A stretch of 64,000 nt of DNA from Squalus acanthias. Lineage: Eukaryota. The stretch spans positions 1-64,000 of the forward strand of contig JASTWF010000355.1 of the NCBI GenBank assembly GCA_030390025.1, given 5' to 3'. The position numbers and the translations under genes were made by a program. How positions within the stretch are numbered: the stretch's first letter is position 1; every line of letters begins with the position of its first letter. The notes under the pieces are model-generated. The model ran no database searches, was not told where the DNA came from, and saw only the letters and a list, made by a program, of their open reading frames with translations. Shown one piece after another: positions 1 to 11,569 of this stretch.

Positions 1-505
1 GCAGCCACGTACTCATCTCCTGCGCTTGCAAGGGAAGGTGCCGTGGGAAGGGGAAGGGATATAGGGGATGATTGATTGTACCAGTGTGTCGTGCAGGGAG
101 CGGGCCCTGCGGAATGCAGAAAGGGCAGGTGAGGGGAAGATGTGTTGGTGGTGGGATCACGCTGGAGGTGGCAGAAATGGCGGAGGATGATCCGTTGAAT
201 GCGGAGGCTGGTGGGGTGAAATGTGAGGACAAGGGGAACCCTATCATGGTTCTGGGAGGAAGGGGAAGGGGTGAGAGCAGAAGTGCGGGAAATAGAACGG
301 ACACGGTCAACAGCCGTGTCACCATGGTAGAGGGGATTCCTCAGTTGAGGGAAAAGGAAGACATGTCAGAAGCACTGGTATGGAACAGGCATCGTCAGAA
401 AAACTGGGAGAATGGACCAGCGTCTTTACAGGAAGCGAGGTGGGAGGAAGTATATTCCAGGTAGCTGTGGAATTCAGAGGGCTTATAGTGAATGTTTGTC
501 AATAG
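1..505 (-). mobile_element. Degenerate Penelope-like element (PLE) fragment: RT C-terminus/thumb to linker
   Basis: Minus strand reads TNIHYKPSEFHSYLEYTSSHLASCKDAGPFSQF...RVPLVLTFHPTSLRIQRIILRHF...HGTFPCKRRR, matching the PLE YxKPT/H-P/Cys-linker motifs. It is frameshifted and runs off the window edge. Confidence 0.8.
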
Positions 506-644
506 CAGCTATAGAGTTTGTTCTGTACCGTTACAATTTGAAATGCCCCTGTGCTCCTAGTTTATAGGGGAGGGGAGTCTGTCACTTTATTCCCCATTAA
601 ACTGGCTCTACATTTATTTCATTTTTAACTGGACCGACAGTTTT

Positions 645-740
645 GGGGGAAATTTTCGGAAGTTCCCTCCCCGAGCGTAGCCTCACACACAGGGGGCGGA
701 TTATGGGGAATTCCCGGGTTCACTGCCCCCGGTTTCCCCA
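645..740. promoter_or_regulatory. Intronic cluster of NF-kB-like sites with a GC box
   Basis: GGAAGTTCCC at 658-667 (GGGAACTTCC on minus, overlapping ETS core CGGAAGT), GGGGGCGGA at ~692-700 and palindromic GGGGAATTCCC at 705-715. Motif match only. Confidence 0.35.
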
Positions 741-1393
741 GGAGCCGCCCGCTGTGTGCGAGGCCCAACCGCTGGCCGGTGTGTGCCTGTACTCCGGTTA
801 GATTGGAACCATTTTACCGGCAGGTTTAAGATCCTGAATATCAATCTTTACTCAATGTTCAGGACTGTGAATAATTGTAAACATTTACACCTGAAAGAAT
901 TCCCGATTCCCCAATATTCCCAATCCAGGAAACTAACTCCTCGACAGGACACACCCTGCACGGTATTGGAGTAAATATCGAACTGTTAGTGATTTAAACT
1001 CGGGTTTCTCAACTGTTTCCAGTTGAAATGCTGGATGTGGAAAACATTTAAAATTAATTTTATCTTTACTGCCGGATTATATTTTATGTTTACATTCTGC
1101 TGTCCAGCCTTATTAAATATGATTTATTGTAAATCAATTATCAGACTCACAGTGACCTGTATTTGCTGATCCGATAAAAACTGTAAAATCACAACTTGTT
1201 CACAGGGATCCATTCTGGATTCTCCAGTCCTAAGGGAATTACTGACCGATCCCCTTATAATTGGTCATATTTGTGTTGAATCTACTTCTCTCTGGTTCAA
1301 CTGAACTGTTTGTTACCCTACATTACGGAGCAGCAACACAATCCGTGACCGTTCTACAATTTATCCAACAGTTAGAGACAAATAAACAGTTAC

Positions 1394-3137
1394 CTCAACA
1401 CCCCGCATTTGTGCAGTACGGGTCCCAGCCGCTGTAGTCCCTCACACTGAATGGAGTCGCTCTCTAGATCGAGTTCTTTTATTGTATCACAGAGTCCAAT
1501 GACGTGAGACAGGACAGCACAGTCAATCGGAGTCAATGACAATCCACGAAATGTAAGTGATTCCACAGATCCCACTGTTTTCCGAGCCAGTGCTTTATTC
1601 TGAGACTCAAACAGGTAGTGGAATGTGTTCAAGAGGTTCCTTTTCCCAGTTTCACTCCCTGTGTTCCCAATCTGTCCTTCAACCTTCTCCATCACCCAGT
1701 CAATCACTCGGCAGGTGGATTTATGAATAAATGGACCCAGAAACTCTTCCAGGGGCCGAGCTGCCTGTGGGGAGGAGAGACCAGCAACAAAACGGAGAAA
1801 TATCTCAAATCTCCCATCTTCCTTGCTGTGGGCTTCTCTGAGGAGTTTCAGGGTGTCCCCGGGATCTGGAGTCAGGAATTGTGCGAGTGCAGCTACAAAC
1901 TCTTGGATGGTGAGGTGCGGGAATGTGTACACCACGCTCTGGGCAGATTCATCTCTCTCCAAAAGTTCCATCATGAACCCAGACAGGAACTGGGAAGGAT
2001 GCAGATTGTACTTGATCAAATCTCCATTTCTAAACACAATCTTCTTCTCGGAGACTCCTGTGAAGGCCATCTCACCAAGCTTCAGTAACACATCATCACG
2101 GGGGCTTTCAATCTCTCGGCCATGGTTTTTCAGAATGTTGTAGATATAGTAGGAATATAGTTGGGTGATGGTCTTGGGAAGTCGCTGCTGTTTCCTGTCT
2201 TTTTGTGTAAAGAAGGGGCCCAGTGAGAGGCCGAGGATCCAGCAGTAGGAAGGGTTGTAGCACATGGTGTACAGGATCTCGTTCTCTTTCACGTGTTTGA
2301 ACACAGCTGCTGCCACCGCCTGATCTTCAAAAAACTTGTTGAAATATTCCTTCCGTTCTTCACCAACAAATCCAAGGATTTCAGCCCAGACACTGATCTC
2401 AGCCTTTTCCAATAAATGTAATGCAGTGGGGCGGCTGGTCACTAGCACTGAACATCCTGGGAGCAGCTTGTGCTGTATTAAACTGTACACAATGTCAGAC
2501 ACTTCACACCAGTCTTCAGGATCTGTGCACATGTGCTGAGGTTCTGTATTTCTCCGATTGTCAGCAAAATCGATCCTGTCCTTGAATTCATCCAAACCAT
2601 CGAATATAAACAGCAATCTTTCTGGGTTCTTCCAGAGCTCTGCCAGAACTTTCCCGAAGTAAGGATAGAAAAAGAGTATCAGGTTCCACAGGTTTATTCT
2701 ACAGTTAAGAGCGTTCAAATCCCGGAATTTAAAGCTGAAAACAAATTGAAAGTTTGGGTATATTTTCCCAGTGGCCCAGTCATGAACAATCTTTTGTACC
2801 ATTGTTGTTTTTCCAACCCCCGGGACTCCGCTCACTGCTCCTGAACTCCCAGATTTGGATTTTCTCCGGAAAAACTGCTGTGGAAGAATTGATCATTACG
2901 GATTTTTTCCAGCTCTCCCGGAGATGTTGTTTTCTCCACTCTTCATGGTCTCGGCCTCTTGCCAGCAGTTCATGTTCTACAAGTGTCCGATCTCGAACAG
3001 TAGAAATGACCGTTAGCGCAGTGTATCGAATCAACCAGCTGAAAAAATCTTAACCTTCTCCTTTATTAGGATAGTGTTAACTCTCAGTGTTTCAGTTTGG
3101 TACCCGGAGTAGTTTCCTTGTGTTTCTGTCTGTACAT
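1394..3137 (-). CDS. NLR (NLRC3/NLRP-like) large exon: FISNA-like linker, NACHT, HD1/WHD/HD2 and first LRR segment; the 5' ~300 bp is frameshifted in this assembly
   Basis: Walker A GVPGVGKT, Walker B LLFIFDGLDE, sensor-1 VLVTSR, PSYCWI, WHD YTFPHLTIQEFVAA, FLRFVAGLS and LRR-like IKELDL. Acceptor ttgaag|AT at 3138/3137 and donor AG|gtaact at 1394/1393. The frame is open from 2835 to 1394. Confidence 0.95.
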
Positions 3138-3514
3138 CTTCAATTAGAACAGACAGAAAGGTGGTTCAATGTTCATGATATTGTCACAGAAAGCTCCGAT
3201 ATACTGCACTGCTTTTTCTTTAAACTCGTAGACAGTTAGAAAACCTTAAACAGATCATGAAAATCTTGGTTGACAGGAAATGTCTGATAGAAGTTCCAAA
3301 TCTACATGGGACACCAATATTACTTAACATGGCGAGCTGGGAGAAGGACAAATGTTCTTTCAGATGGTGAATACTATCTGTCACACATGTACTGCAGACC
3401 ATCTCATTACAAATCCACAGGTGATTCTGGTTATATGGCTGTAGTCATAATAATTAATAAATGATTGAACCTCCCACCCAGCAGAGCGTGCGCTTGTACA
3501 AATAGCAAATCCGG

Positions 3515-5010
3515 GAATTGGGCAGCACTGAGAGAGGGACAGACTCACAATGTACTGGCTGGACCAGGCACTGAGAGAGGGACAGGACTCACAATGTACT
3601 GATTGACCAGCACTGAGAGAGGAACAGACTAACAATGCACTAATTGGGCAGCACTGAGAGAGGGACTGGCTCACAATCTACTGATTGACCAGCACTGAGA
3701 GTGGGACAGGACTAACAATGTACTGATTGACCAGCACTGAGAGAGGGGCAGGCTCACACATGTACTGATTGGGCAGCACTGGAGAGAGGGACAGACTCAC
3801 AATGTACTGATTGGGCAGTACTGAGAGAGGGACAGGCTCACAATGTACTGATTGACCAGCACTGAGAGAGATACAGGACTCACAATGTACTGATTGACAG
3901 CACTGAGAGAGGAGACAGACTCACAATGTACTGATAGACCAGCACTGAGAGAGGGACAGGCTCACATGTACTGATTGACCAGCACTGAGAGAGGGACAGG
4001 CATCACAATGTACTGGTTGGGCAGCACTGAGAGAGGAACAGGCTCCAATGTACTGGTTGGGCAGCATTGAGAGAGGGACAGGCTCACAATGTACTGATTG
4101 GGCAGCACTGTGAGAGGGACAGACCTCACAATGTACTGATTGACCAGCACTGAGAGAGGGTCAGGCTCACAATGTACTGATTGGGCAGCACTGAGAGAGG
4201 GACAGGCTCACAATGTACTGGTTGGGCAGCACTGAGAGAGGAACAGGCTCACAATGTACTGGTTGGGCAGCATTGAGAGAGGGACAGGCTCACAATGTAC
4301 TGATTTGGGCAGCACTGTGAGAGGGACAGGCTCAAAATGTACTGATTGACCAGCACTGTGAGAGGGACATAGAAACATAGAATCTAGGAGCAGAAGTAGG
4401 CCATTCGGCCCGTCGAGCCTGCTCCACCATTCAATACGATCATGGCTGATCATCCAAATCCAGTACCCTGTCGCTGCTTTAATCCCCACAGTACACATAT
4501 CCCACCCTACCCCTGTAACCCCCACGTATTTAATTCCCCCTAACATATGCATCCTATACCCATAACCCCACATATTTAATCCCCCCCCTAACACTAAGGG
4601 TCAATTTATTCATAGCCCAAATCAACCTAACCCACCCGCGCACATTTTTAGACTGTGGGAGAAAACCGGAGCACCCGGAGGAAACCCACGCAGACACGGG
4701 GAGAATGTGCAAAACTCCACACAGCACAGTCACCCCGAGTCGGATTCGAACCACGGGTCCCTGGCGACTGTGAGCCACCAGTGCTAACCACTATGCCAGC
4801 CGTGTTGCCCCTTGGGACAGGCTCAAAATTGTACTGATTGTGGCAGGGCACTGAGAGAGGGACATGACTCACAATGTACTGATTGACCAGCACTGAGAGA
4901 AGGGACAGATCACATTGAACTGATTTACCAGCACTGAGAGGGGGATAGGCTCAACAATGTATTGATTGACCAGCACTGAGAAGGGACAGACTCACAATGT
5001 ACTGATTGAC
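3515..5010. repeat. 41-bp minisatellite (GCACTGAGAGAGGGACAGGCTCACAATGTACTGATTGACCA) in an NLR intron, interrupted by a SINE
   Basis: Directly visible tandem units. Confidence 0.95.
4370..4813 (-). mobile_element. Full-length tRNA-derived V-SINE (HE1-like) with a CR1/HER1-type 3' tail
   Basis: Minus strand shows A/B boxes (TGGCATAGTGG...GGTTCGAATCC), the V-domain TGCACATTCTCCCCGTGTCTGCGTGGGTTTCCTCCGGGTGCTCCGG and the tail GGGCCGAATGGCCTACTTCTGCTCCT...(TCTATGT)n. It is flanked by GGGACA at 4364-4369 and 4814-4819. Confidence 0.9.
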
Positions 5011-5199
5011 CAAGTGCAGCTGATTCTATTTCTCTTGCACGATTCGATGAATAGGAATGAATTGAATTAAGAAAGATGATTAAGGGCATCGGGAAATTAA
5101 CGATGAGGGAAGGTCGAGGAAATTTGATTAGCTTCCTTTATTGAAGTGACTTCAGAGGTCCTCGAAAATTCAAGTGAGTCTGATTTTTAATGGAATTAA

Positions 5200-5490
5200 C
5201 ATAATTGCTGCAGGAACAGGCTCACTGAGAAGGGAATCAAGTACTAACAGAAAGTTCCAATTAGGAGGTAAGGATTAAGATGGAATTGAGGTTCAATTAT
5301 TTCACCAAAAGGGTAATACAATAGGGGATCAAATTACCAGGGAAGGGCATTTGGGGCAATGTAAATGGGACCGAGAGACAATTCGGTAAGTTTCTGTGGC
5401 GACACTGAGCAGATCGGGGGACCGTGAGATCTTCACTTTCATACAGGAACAGACCTGTTTGGGCAAGTGGATTTATTCTGCTTCTCAGAA
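5200..5490 (+). mobile_element. Old CR1-type LINE 3' fragment
   Basis: Degenerate 3'-ORF2/UTR motifs (attatttcaccaaaagggta...tttattctgcttc). Confidence 0.45.
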
Positions 5491-5844
5491 TTTTCCTGCT
5501 GTAATGTTGTTTCAGAAAATACTAACAGTGTTTGAGTGGTGTTGCACATATAGACTGCATGGCCTCGAATTTGATCGGGCGTGCAGTGAACGGACGTGCA
5601 CTGCACATGCCTCTTAGCGTTGACTCAGGCAGCAGGTATTATTTGTTCTGATTGTAAGGAGCCAGTGGTGCAATTACGCTACCCATGTTATTCACTGTCT
5701 ATGCGCCTGTGTTTTCCTTTGGGCGGGTGGGTGCTAGATATCGGGCCTCCTCGACGCCAATTAAAAGGTAATCAGCACTTTGTAAATGTACCCTTCAGGT
5801 ACAGAGAATAGGGAGAACAATTGAGAATTGGTCTCAATGGCTGC

Positions 5845-6450
5845 TAGAGCTACAGATCATGCCCCTAGATTCACAAACACTGCCCTGGAATCCCTGGTAG
5901 AGGTATTGGACAGGACGAGGGACATTTTCTGTCCACTAGTGGGCAAGAAACCCTCCAGTCATCAACACCATCGACAGTGCGAAGAGGTGGTCGAGCAAGT
6001 CAAGAAACCATTGAACTTTACGGCGCAGAAGGAGGCCATTTGGCCCATCGTGCTGGTCGAAAAAGAACTACCTAGCCTAATTCCACTTCCCAATTTTTGG
6101 TCCCGTATAGCCCTGTCGTTTACAGCGCTTCCAGTGAATATCCATGTACTTTTTAAATGTGATGAGGGTTTCTGCCTCTACCACCCTTTCAGGCAGTGAG
6201 TTTAAGACACCCCCTACCCTCTGGTGAAAACATGTCTCCTCAACTTCCCTCTAATCCTTCTACCAATTACTTTAAATCTACGCCCCCTGATTATTGACCT
6301 CTCTGCTTTGGGAAATACGTCCTTCCTATCCATTATATCTAGGCCCCTCATAATTTTATACATCTGCCTCATAATTTTAGCAGTGCAGGAGGTTAGCGCC
6401 CAGGACATGTCTGCAGTTCCGTAGTGACCTCTTGGAGTGATCAAGGTAAG
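5845..6450 (+). mobile_element. PIF/Harbinger-type transposon relic (Myb/SANT-like exon) split by a LINE insertion
   Basis: APRFTNTALESLVEVLDRTRDIF...RQCEEVVEQV resembles the Harbinger Myb/SANT N-terminus. It resumes after the LINE (~6390) and ends at the donor CAAG|gtaaga (~6446). Confidence 0.6.
6003..6370 (-). mobile_element. 5'-truncated CR1-type LINE 3' end
   Basis: MYKIMRGLD...RGRRFKVIGRRIRG...FT is the typical CR1 ORF2 C-terminus. The tail gggccaaatggcctccttctg is present. Confidence 0.85.
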
Positions 6451-7178
6451 AATACCGCTCTCCTACTCTCTGCTCACAGCTTCCCCATCTCCAGCCTCAC
6501 TACTCACGTATACTCATAATACTCCCCTACCCACTTCTTTTCATCCCCCTACAATCACTGCACCACACTTCACTATATATCCTCCCACAAAGACACACAA
6601 CCCAAATCGACAATCGTACACGCTGCATACCAGCTGTTCCACCTTGACAGCCACATTCTCAAACACCATCACAAGACTGTTGCGAACACATTCTCTTCCT
6701 TCCGAAAAAACCGGCAGTGCGCGATCGAATATCTAGGCCGTTGGCTAAGCACTTCGCCCATTGGGGCATCATCCATTTGGCTCATCCAGGAAGCCCAATA
6801 AATTAATTTTCTCTGCTGATTAATCGCTGTATTAGACCGACTGACCACTGGGGTTGTTTGATGTTTTATCCCGGTAGTGACTCGCACTGGCAGCAAAGGC
6901 CAGTCGCATGAACAGCTGGATAAACTACTGGAGTAATGACAACATCTGCAAATTTAGAGATAATCTCCAAGCCTGGTGTGAATTCTAACTTCATCCCACA
7001 CATTTCAATGATACATTTCAGTATCAGTGACAAGTGAAATGAAGTTGAATTTTGTTAGCCCAGCTCTTGAAACTTTTCAACCCCCATTTTTGGAAATCTC
7101 TAAACCAATGATCAGAGTTAAAGCCTCTGATAATCAGAACCGAAATAACCTGTTGAAATCTTCAGCCCATTCACCTAC

Positions 7179-7244
7179 CTTTCAGCTGACTGGGAACTTC
7201 GGATAAACCTTCTGTGGCTTTCATGTCATTAAATCTCAAGAAAC
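7179..7244 (-). CDS. NLR 66-bp linker exon (G)FLRFNDMKATEGLSEVPSQLK(D)
   Basis: Acceptor tttaaacag|GT and donor AAAG|gtaggt. Phase 1-1, open frame, joins the flanking exons. Confidence 0.8.
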
Positions 7245-7348
7245 CTGTTTAAATAAATTAGTTTTCATGAAAGCTAATCTGTGCACGACTTTGGTAAAAT
7301 ATGTAATTTTAGATGTGAAGTTGAATTCAGTGGGTGATTTTACCGTAC

Positions 7349-7524
7349 CAAGCTCCTGTATTTCTTTCAGTATTTTGTCCAGCTTTGGCACCCCATGGCG
7401 CATTTTCACAAAGGATTCCCACATCGTCCCTTCGAGCCCGAGAGCCTTTTCTCCATCACCAGATTTAGGAGAAGTTTGGAACTGTCCCGCTCGGTTTCCC
7501 TTCTCCCGCGAGCTCAGTGACTTT
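7349..7524 (-). CDS. NLR exon: C-terminal half of the CARD-like domain (KVTELAEKGNRADSSKLLLNLVMEKGSRARRxMWESFVKMRHGVPKLDKILKEIQEL), with four apparent 1-bp insertions
   Basis: Acceptor gtttacag|AAA and donor CTTG|gtacgg. Length 176 bp; removing 4 bases gives 172 bp, the phase 0-1 length required. Confidence 0.85.
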
Positions 7525-9039
7525 CTGTAAACAATAATGATGAATAATCGATGAGCGGAGTGAAGGGACTGCAGGGATAATGAACTGGAAGTGATTTTCC
7601 TCTTATTGCACTTGGGCGAGAGGGACAGCCTGGGTGGGACAGGAAGAGGAAAGCAGGGCGGCGTTGTTTTCCTGCTGTTAACAGAGCCTGGCTGCTTTCG
7701 AGCTCATACACTATCACAATACTTTCCCCCCCTCTGTTCGCCCCCACTCCCCGCCCAAACCCCACCACACCTGTCTCTGCACAACTGTGCACTGTTTCTT
7801 TTCAAATATCTACAAACCAATCTCGGAAAAATGTGTAGAATCACACCGACCATCTTTACAAGTTTGAACACAGAAACTGTTCTTGTTGCTGCAAAGTTCA
7901 CCCTGACACTGGTTCATCAATGGAAATGAAAATCGGGCGCAGTGGTAAAATAGGGCGCTGATTCACTCTGAGCCCGTTTCATGATAAGATCAATTTCAGC
8001 CCATATTCACCAAGTTTATTGAATTCGATACTTTTGATTCCGTTCAACAGCAGGAGCTTGGTAAGTAATTTCATTGAAGTGAATATGAGTGTACCGATTG
8101 GTTAATCTGTTGACACTAACTTCGCCAGGCTGTTTTCAAAGGGGTCAATGACGCTGTTCAGCAGAATATTGCGCAGCAGGTTCTAAATATTCACACAATA
8201 ATTTTACTCCTTCTCAGAATTGCAGATACTCTGAGTTCCATGAAATGTCAATGATTCGTGCAGGGATTTACTGAAGCGGTGGGATAAATCGCTTTTTCAT
8301 GGGAATATTTCAGGCCATTTTACCAGAGAAAGGCCTGCTCCCGCTAAGACCATGTAGACCCCACCCCTCCAGGGACTGTACTTCATGTATTTAATCTCCA
8401 CACCTCAATCTCCCCACATTAATCTGAACACAGCTGTCTGACTCCACCAAATGCTGTTCAGAGGGGAATCCTGAATATCTGCTCATTGACATTTCCACTA
8501 TTAACTGTGGTTTGATTATTTTCTACTTATTTCTCTGCTGTAGCAACATTGTGTTCCCTCCAGTATTTTTTCACTCTATTCTTATTTCGATAATCTATAG
8601 TTTTATTCAATTGACACCAATTTTTTGAGAGATTTTTTGGACACATTAATGCTTCGATACTGGACGGGCTGCCTACAAATTCAATTCAATGGGAATTGGT
8701 GGTGACCATTGGTCTCGTCTGAGGCTTGTATCATGTCTCTGGTGTAGTACTTACGGTCCAATGTCCACAGTATTATCTACAGTTCGTTTGTTTTATCGTT
8801 TCAAGCATTCATAAGACCCGGATCATGTTCCCCTCACTCTTTTTTTTTCCTGCAAGGCGATAAATTCACCTCCGTGACTGTGTTTTATAATGGAAGGTCC
8901 TCGTGCCTAGTATGAACGTTCTGCCCTACTCTGACCCCCCATTCCCCATTATTCGTCCATTCTGATGTTAGGGGGCCCAAACCTGCTCAGCAATGGCCTC
9001 AGCAAAGCTCTATACAACTATCGGCCATGATGGGAGTGT

Positions 9040-10045
9040 TTAACCTAATTTGGTAGGGAGATGGGAACCAGTTTCAAGAATTAAAGAGGAGAAACAAGGT
9101 CTATCGAGTATTGCGGGAGACAAATAGCGACAGAATATGGAACAGCCCAGAGAGAGGAGGAATCAGGCAGGGGAGAAATACAAAACAGACTAAGGCGTGT
9201 CTAGAGTGCATGTGCATCAATGCACGGGGCGTGATCAATAATGTCGGTAAGCGGCAGGCATATGGTTATTATATAATAGCAATATGGAGACCTGGTTCAA
9301 ACAAGGGAGGAATCAGAAATTAGCATTCCTGGATACAAAGAGTTCAGGGAATAGGAAGAAATATAGTGGGGTGGGGGAGGGTGACAGTAGACTGGGGGAA
9401 AACACAATGTAAATGCATTGGTGGAATGGAATGTGTAGAGGAGAACATTCTTGATGAATACATTTCAAACCCAACAAGGAAGGAAGCAGTGCTCGGTCTA
9501 GTTATGGGAAATGATGTGGGGTAAGTGGAGCATGTTTTCATGGACAGCATTTGGAGAACAGCGATCACAATATCATTAGGTTTCGAGTAGAAAGGGAAAG
9601 GGACAATGAACAACCTAACGTGAAGATGCTCAACAGAAAGAGGGCTTACATCAGTGAGCTGTAAACGGATCAGTTGAATTGGAAACAAAGATTGGCAGGT
9701 AAAACTGTAAATGAGTAATGGGAGGTTTTCAAATAGGAGATATCACAGGTACAGACCAGACACGTTCGTATGAGGGAGAAGGAATGGCATCCAAAGCTAG
9801 AACTCCCTGGATGACTAAAGATATAGAGGTTAAAATTAAACAGAAAAAGTTGGCTTATAATAAATGTCATATTCCACAAATGATGTTAGAGAGTTGGACA
9901 AGTACTTGAGGATGAGGAAGTTACAGGACTTTGGACAAAAAGTTGGAATTCGGGACTAAGCCAGGACTGTTATTTCAAAGAGTCTGCAGCGACACGACGC
10001 GTCAAGTGGCCTCCTTCTGTGCTGTAATTTTCTATGATTCTACTA
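9040..10045 (+). mobile_element. Internally deleted, degenerate CR1 LINE (APE endonuclease region, TPW motif, 3' tail)
   Basis: CMCINARGV, IIAI, RTPWMTKDIEVKIK and the tail gtggcctccttctgtgctgtaattttctatgattct. Confidence 0.7.
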
Positions 10046-10626
10046 ATTATAGCTGCGTAATTTTATGACAATCCTGAGGATCTTCATGGAACCAACAAGT
10101 TGGTTTAGCTCTGGTATCTGAATCAATATAATTTGGATCATTCTATTCGGTTGATCTGACACTCCCCACAGGTTTTTTGTTGGGTTGTTGGCGCTCTTTG
10201 GGTCCAATACTTGTTCACGGGTTTAGCATTTTCTAAAACAAATATCTTTCCTTTACCACGCAAATGATTTTTTTATCCTCTCACAGTTCCTTGATTTACT
10301 TTATGTAGTTTGTAGGTCACTCAACTTATGAACTTCCTTCCAAATCCCGTCAGTTGTTTCCCGCCTCTCTTGGTTTCCTTTGATTTCAGCCCACCAAGGG
10401 TTATATCGGACCCGTTACCCTGTCCTTGGTACAGAGATTGACGGATCTGCCGGGTATTTTTCATATTTCTGTTGTTGTTTCAGATTACACCATTATCAGT
10501 TTTAACACTTCCTTTCTTATTTGGCCTGTTCCTCTCCTGTAACATTCTATGATTCTAAGATCTGATTTCCTGTCAGTTCTGTGATGTTTCAATAATCCAA
10601 ACTCATTCTGTGTCTCTCCCACTTAC

Positions 10627-10793
10627 CCGATGTTCTTGTCCACTGAAATGCCACTCGTATGTTAACAACGAGCTGACTCCGTCCACCCCTCCTTCAACCG
10701 CCTGTTCCAGTCTGTCCCGGTAGAATTTCGTCAACTGGAACAGCTGGTAATCGTCGCACTTTGTCAAGAACTCAGTGATTGTAGAGTTCGGAT
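10627..10793 (-). CDS. NLR exon: N-terminal half of the CARD-like domain (DPNSTITEFLTKCDDYQLFQLTKFYRDRLEQAVEGGVDGVSSLLTYEWHFSGQEHR)
   Basis: Acceptor gttcacag|AT and donor CGG|gtaagt. Length 167 bp, phase 1-0, open frame. Confidence 0.9.
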
Positions 10794-10839
10794 CTGTGAA
10801 CACAAATGGAGAAAACTCCTCTTGTACCAAACGGCTGAA

Positions 10840-11200
10840 ACCTCCTGTGAGCCACATTATCAAACACCTTCTCAAAACCCATATACACCGCCGATGCTGC
10901 ATGCCATCGATCTAGAGTCCATTCTTTATAAAAGCGTGCAAATCTGTCAGACACATCTTGCCTACACCTAGTCCATTCCAACCTTCCCTGATCATCCCCT
11001 GTATCTCAACATTCACTAATTGAACCTTAAATTACGGACTCGAGCATTCTGCCCATAACTGCCGTAGACTGTTCTAGTTACCCGGTTTATCCTCTCTCCT
11101 CCATTGTTGAACAGAGACGTTACTTGGGCTCCTTCAGTGCTCCAGTCTATTGTTTGTATCTAAAACAGATTGAACAATTGTGGGGAGTCTGTCCTCCCTC
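10840..11200 (-). mobile_element. Degenerate CR1 RT fragment
   Basis: AVYMGFEKVFDNVAH corresponds to the CR1 motif VYxDFxKAFDxVPH. Confidence 0.6.
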
Positions 11201-11569
11201 CTCTGTGATTTGATTTAACAGCCTGGAGTGTGTTATCTCTGGGCCCAGTCACTTACCCATCTTGACTATTTTTTCAGCTCCAAATCCTTCCCTACATTTA
11301 ACTCCAACTATGATCCCACATCCTCCTCTAGTCCACCTTCTCGCACTACCACCATCATTTTTAGAAACTATTGGAAATGTTTGAGACCTCCTCAAAACAT
11401 CATCCTCCACAATTAGATTCCCCATCATCCCCAGTGATAGAATCTTGAATTATTGCTTTACTTTTCATAAACCCTCACTTTTTATATTATCCGTGGGCCT
11501 TAAACCGATACCCTTTTAACCACCCTTCCCCACCCTACAGCCAGAGATCACCACACTAATGCTTTGTTT

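Noticed and set aside
1618..2143. Plus-strand ORFs overlapping the NACHT exon
   Set aside because: Antisense shadows of the real coding frame with no recognisable motifs.
4730..4813. tRNA gene
   Set aside because: The A/B boxes belong to the SINE head and continue into the V-domain and LINE tail.
10385..10490. Second Penelope pLTR-like remnant with a possible hammerhead
   Set aside because: The CTGANGA and GAAA core nucleotides are not preserved.
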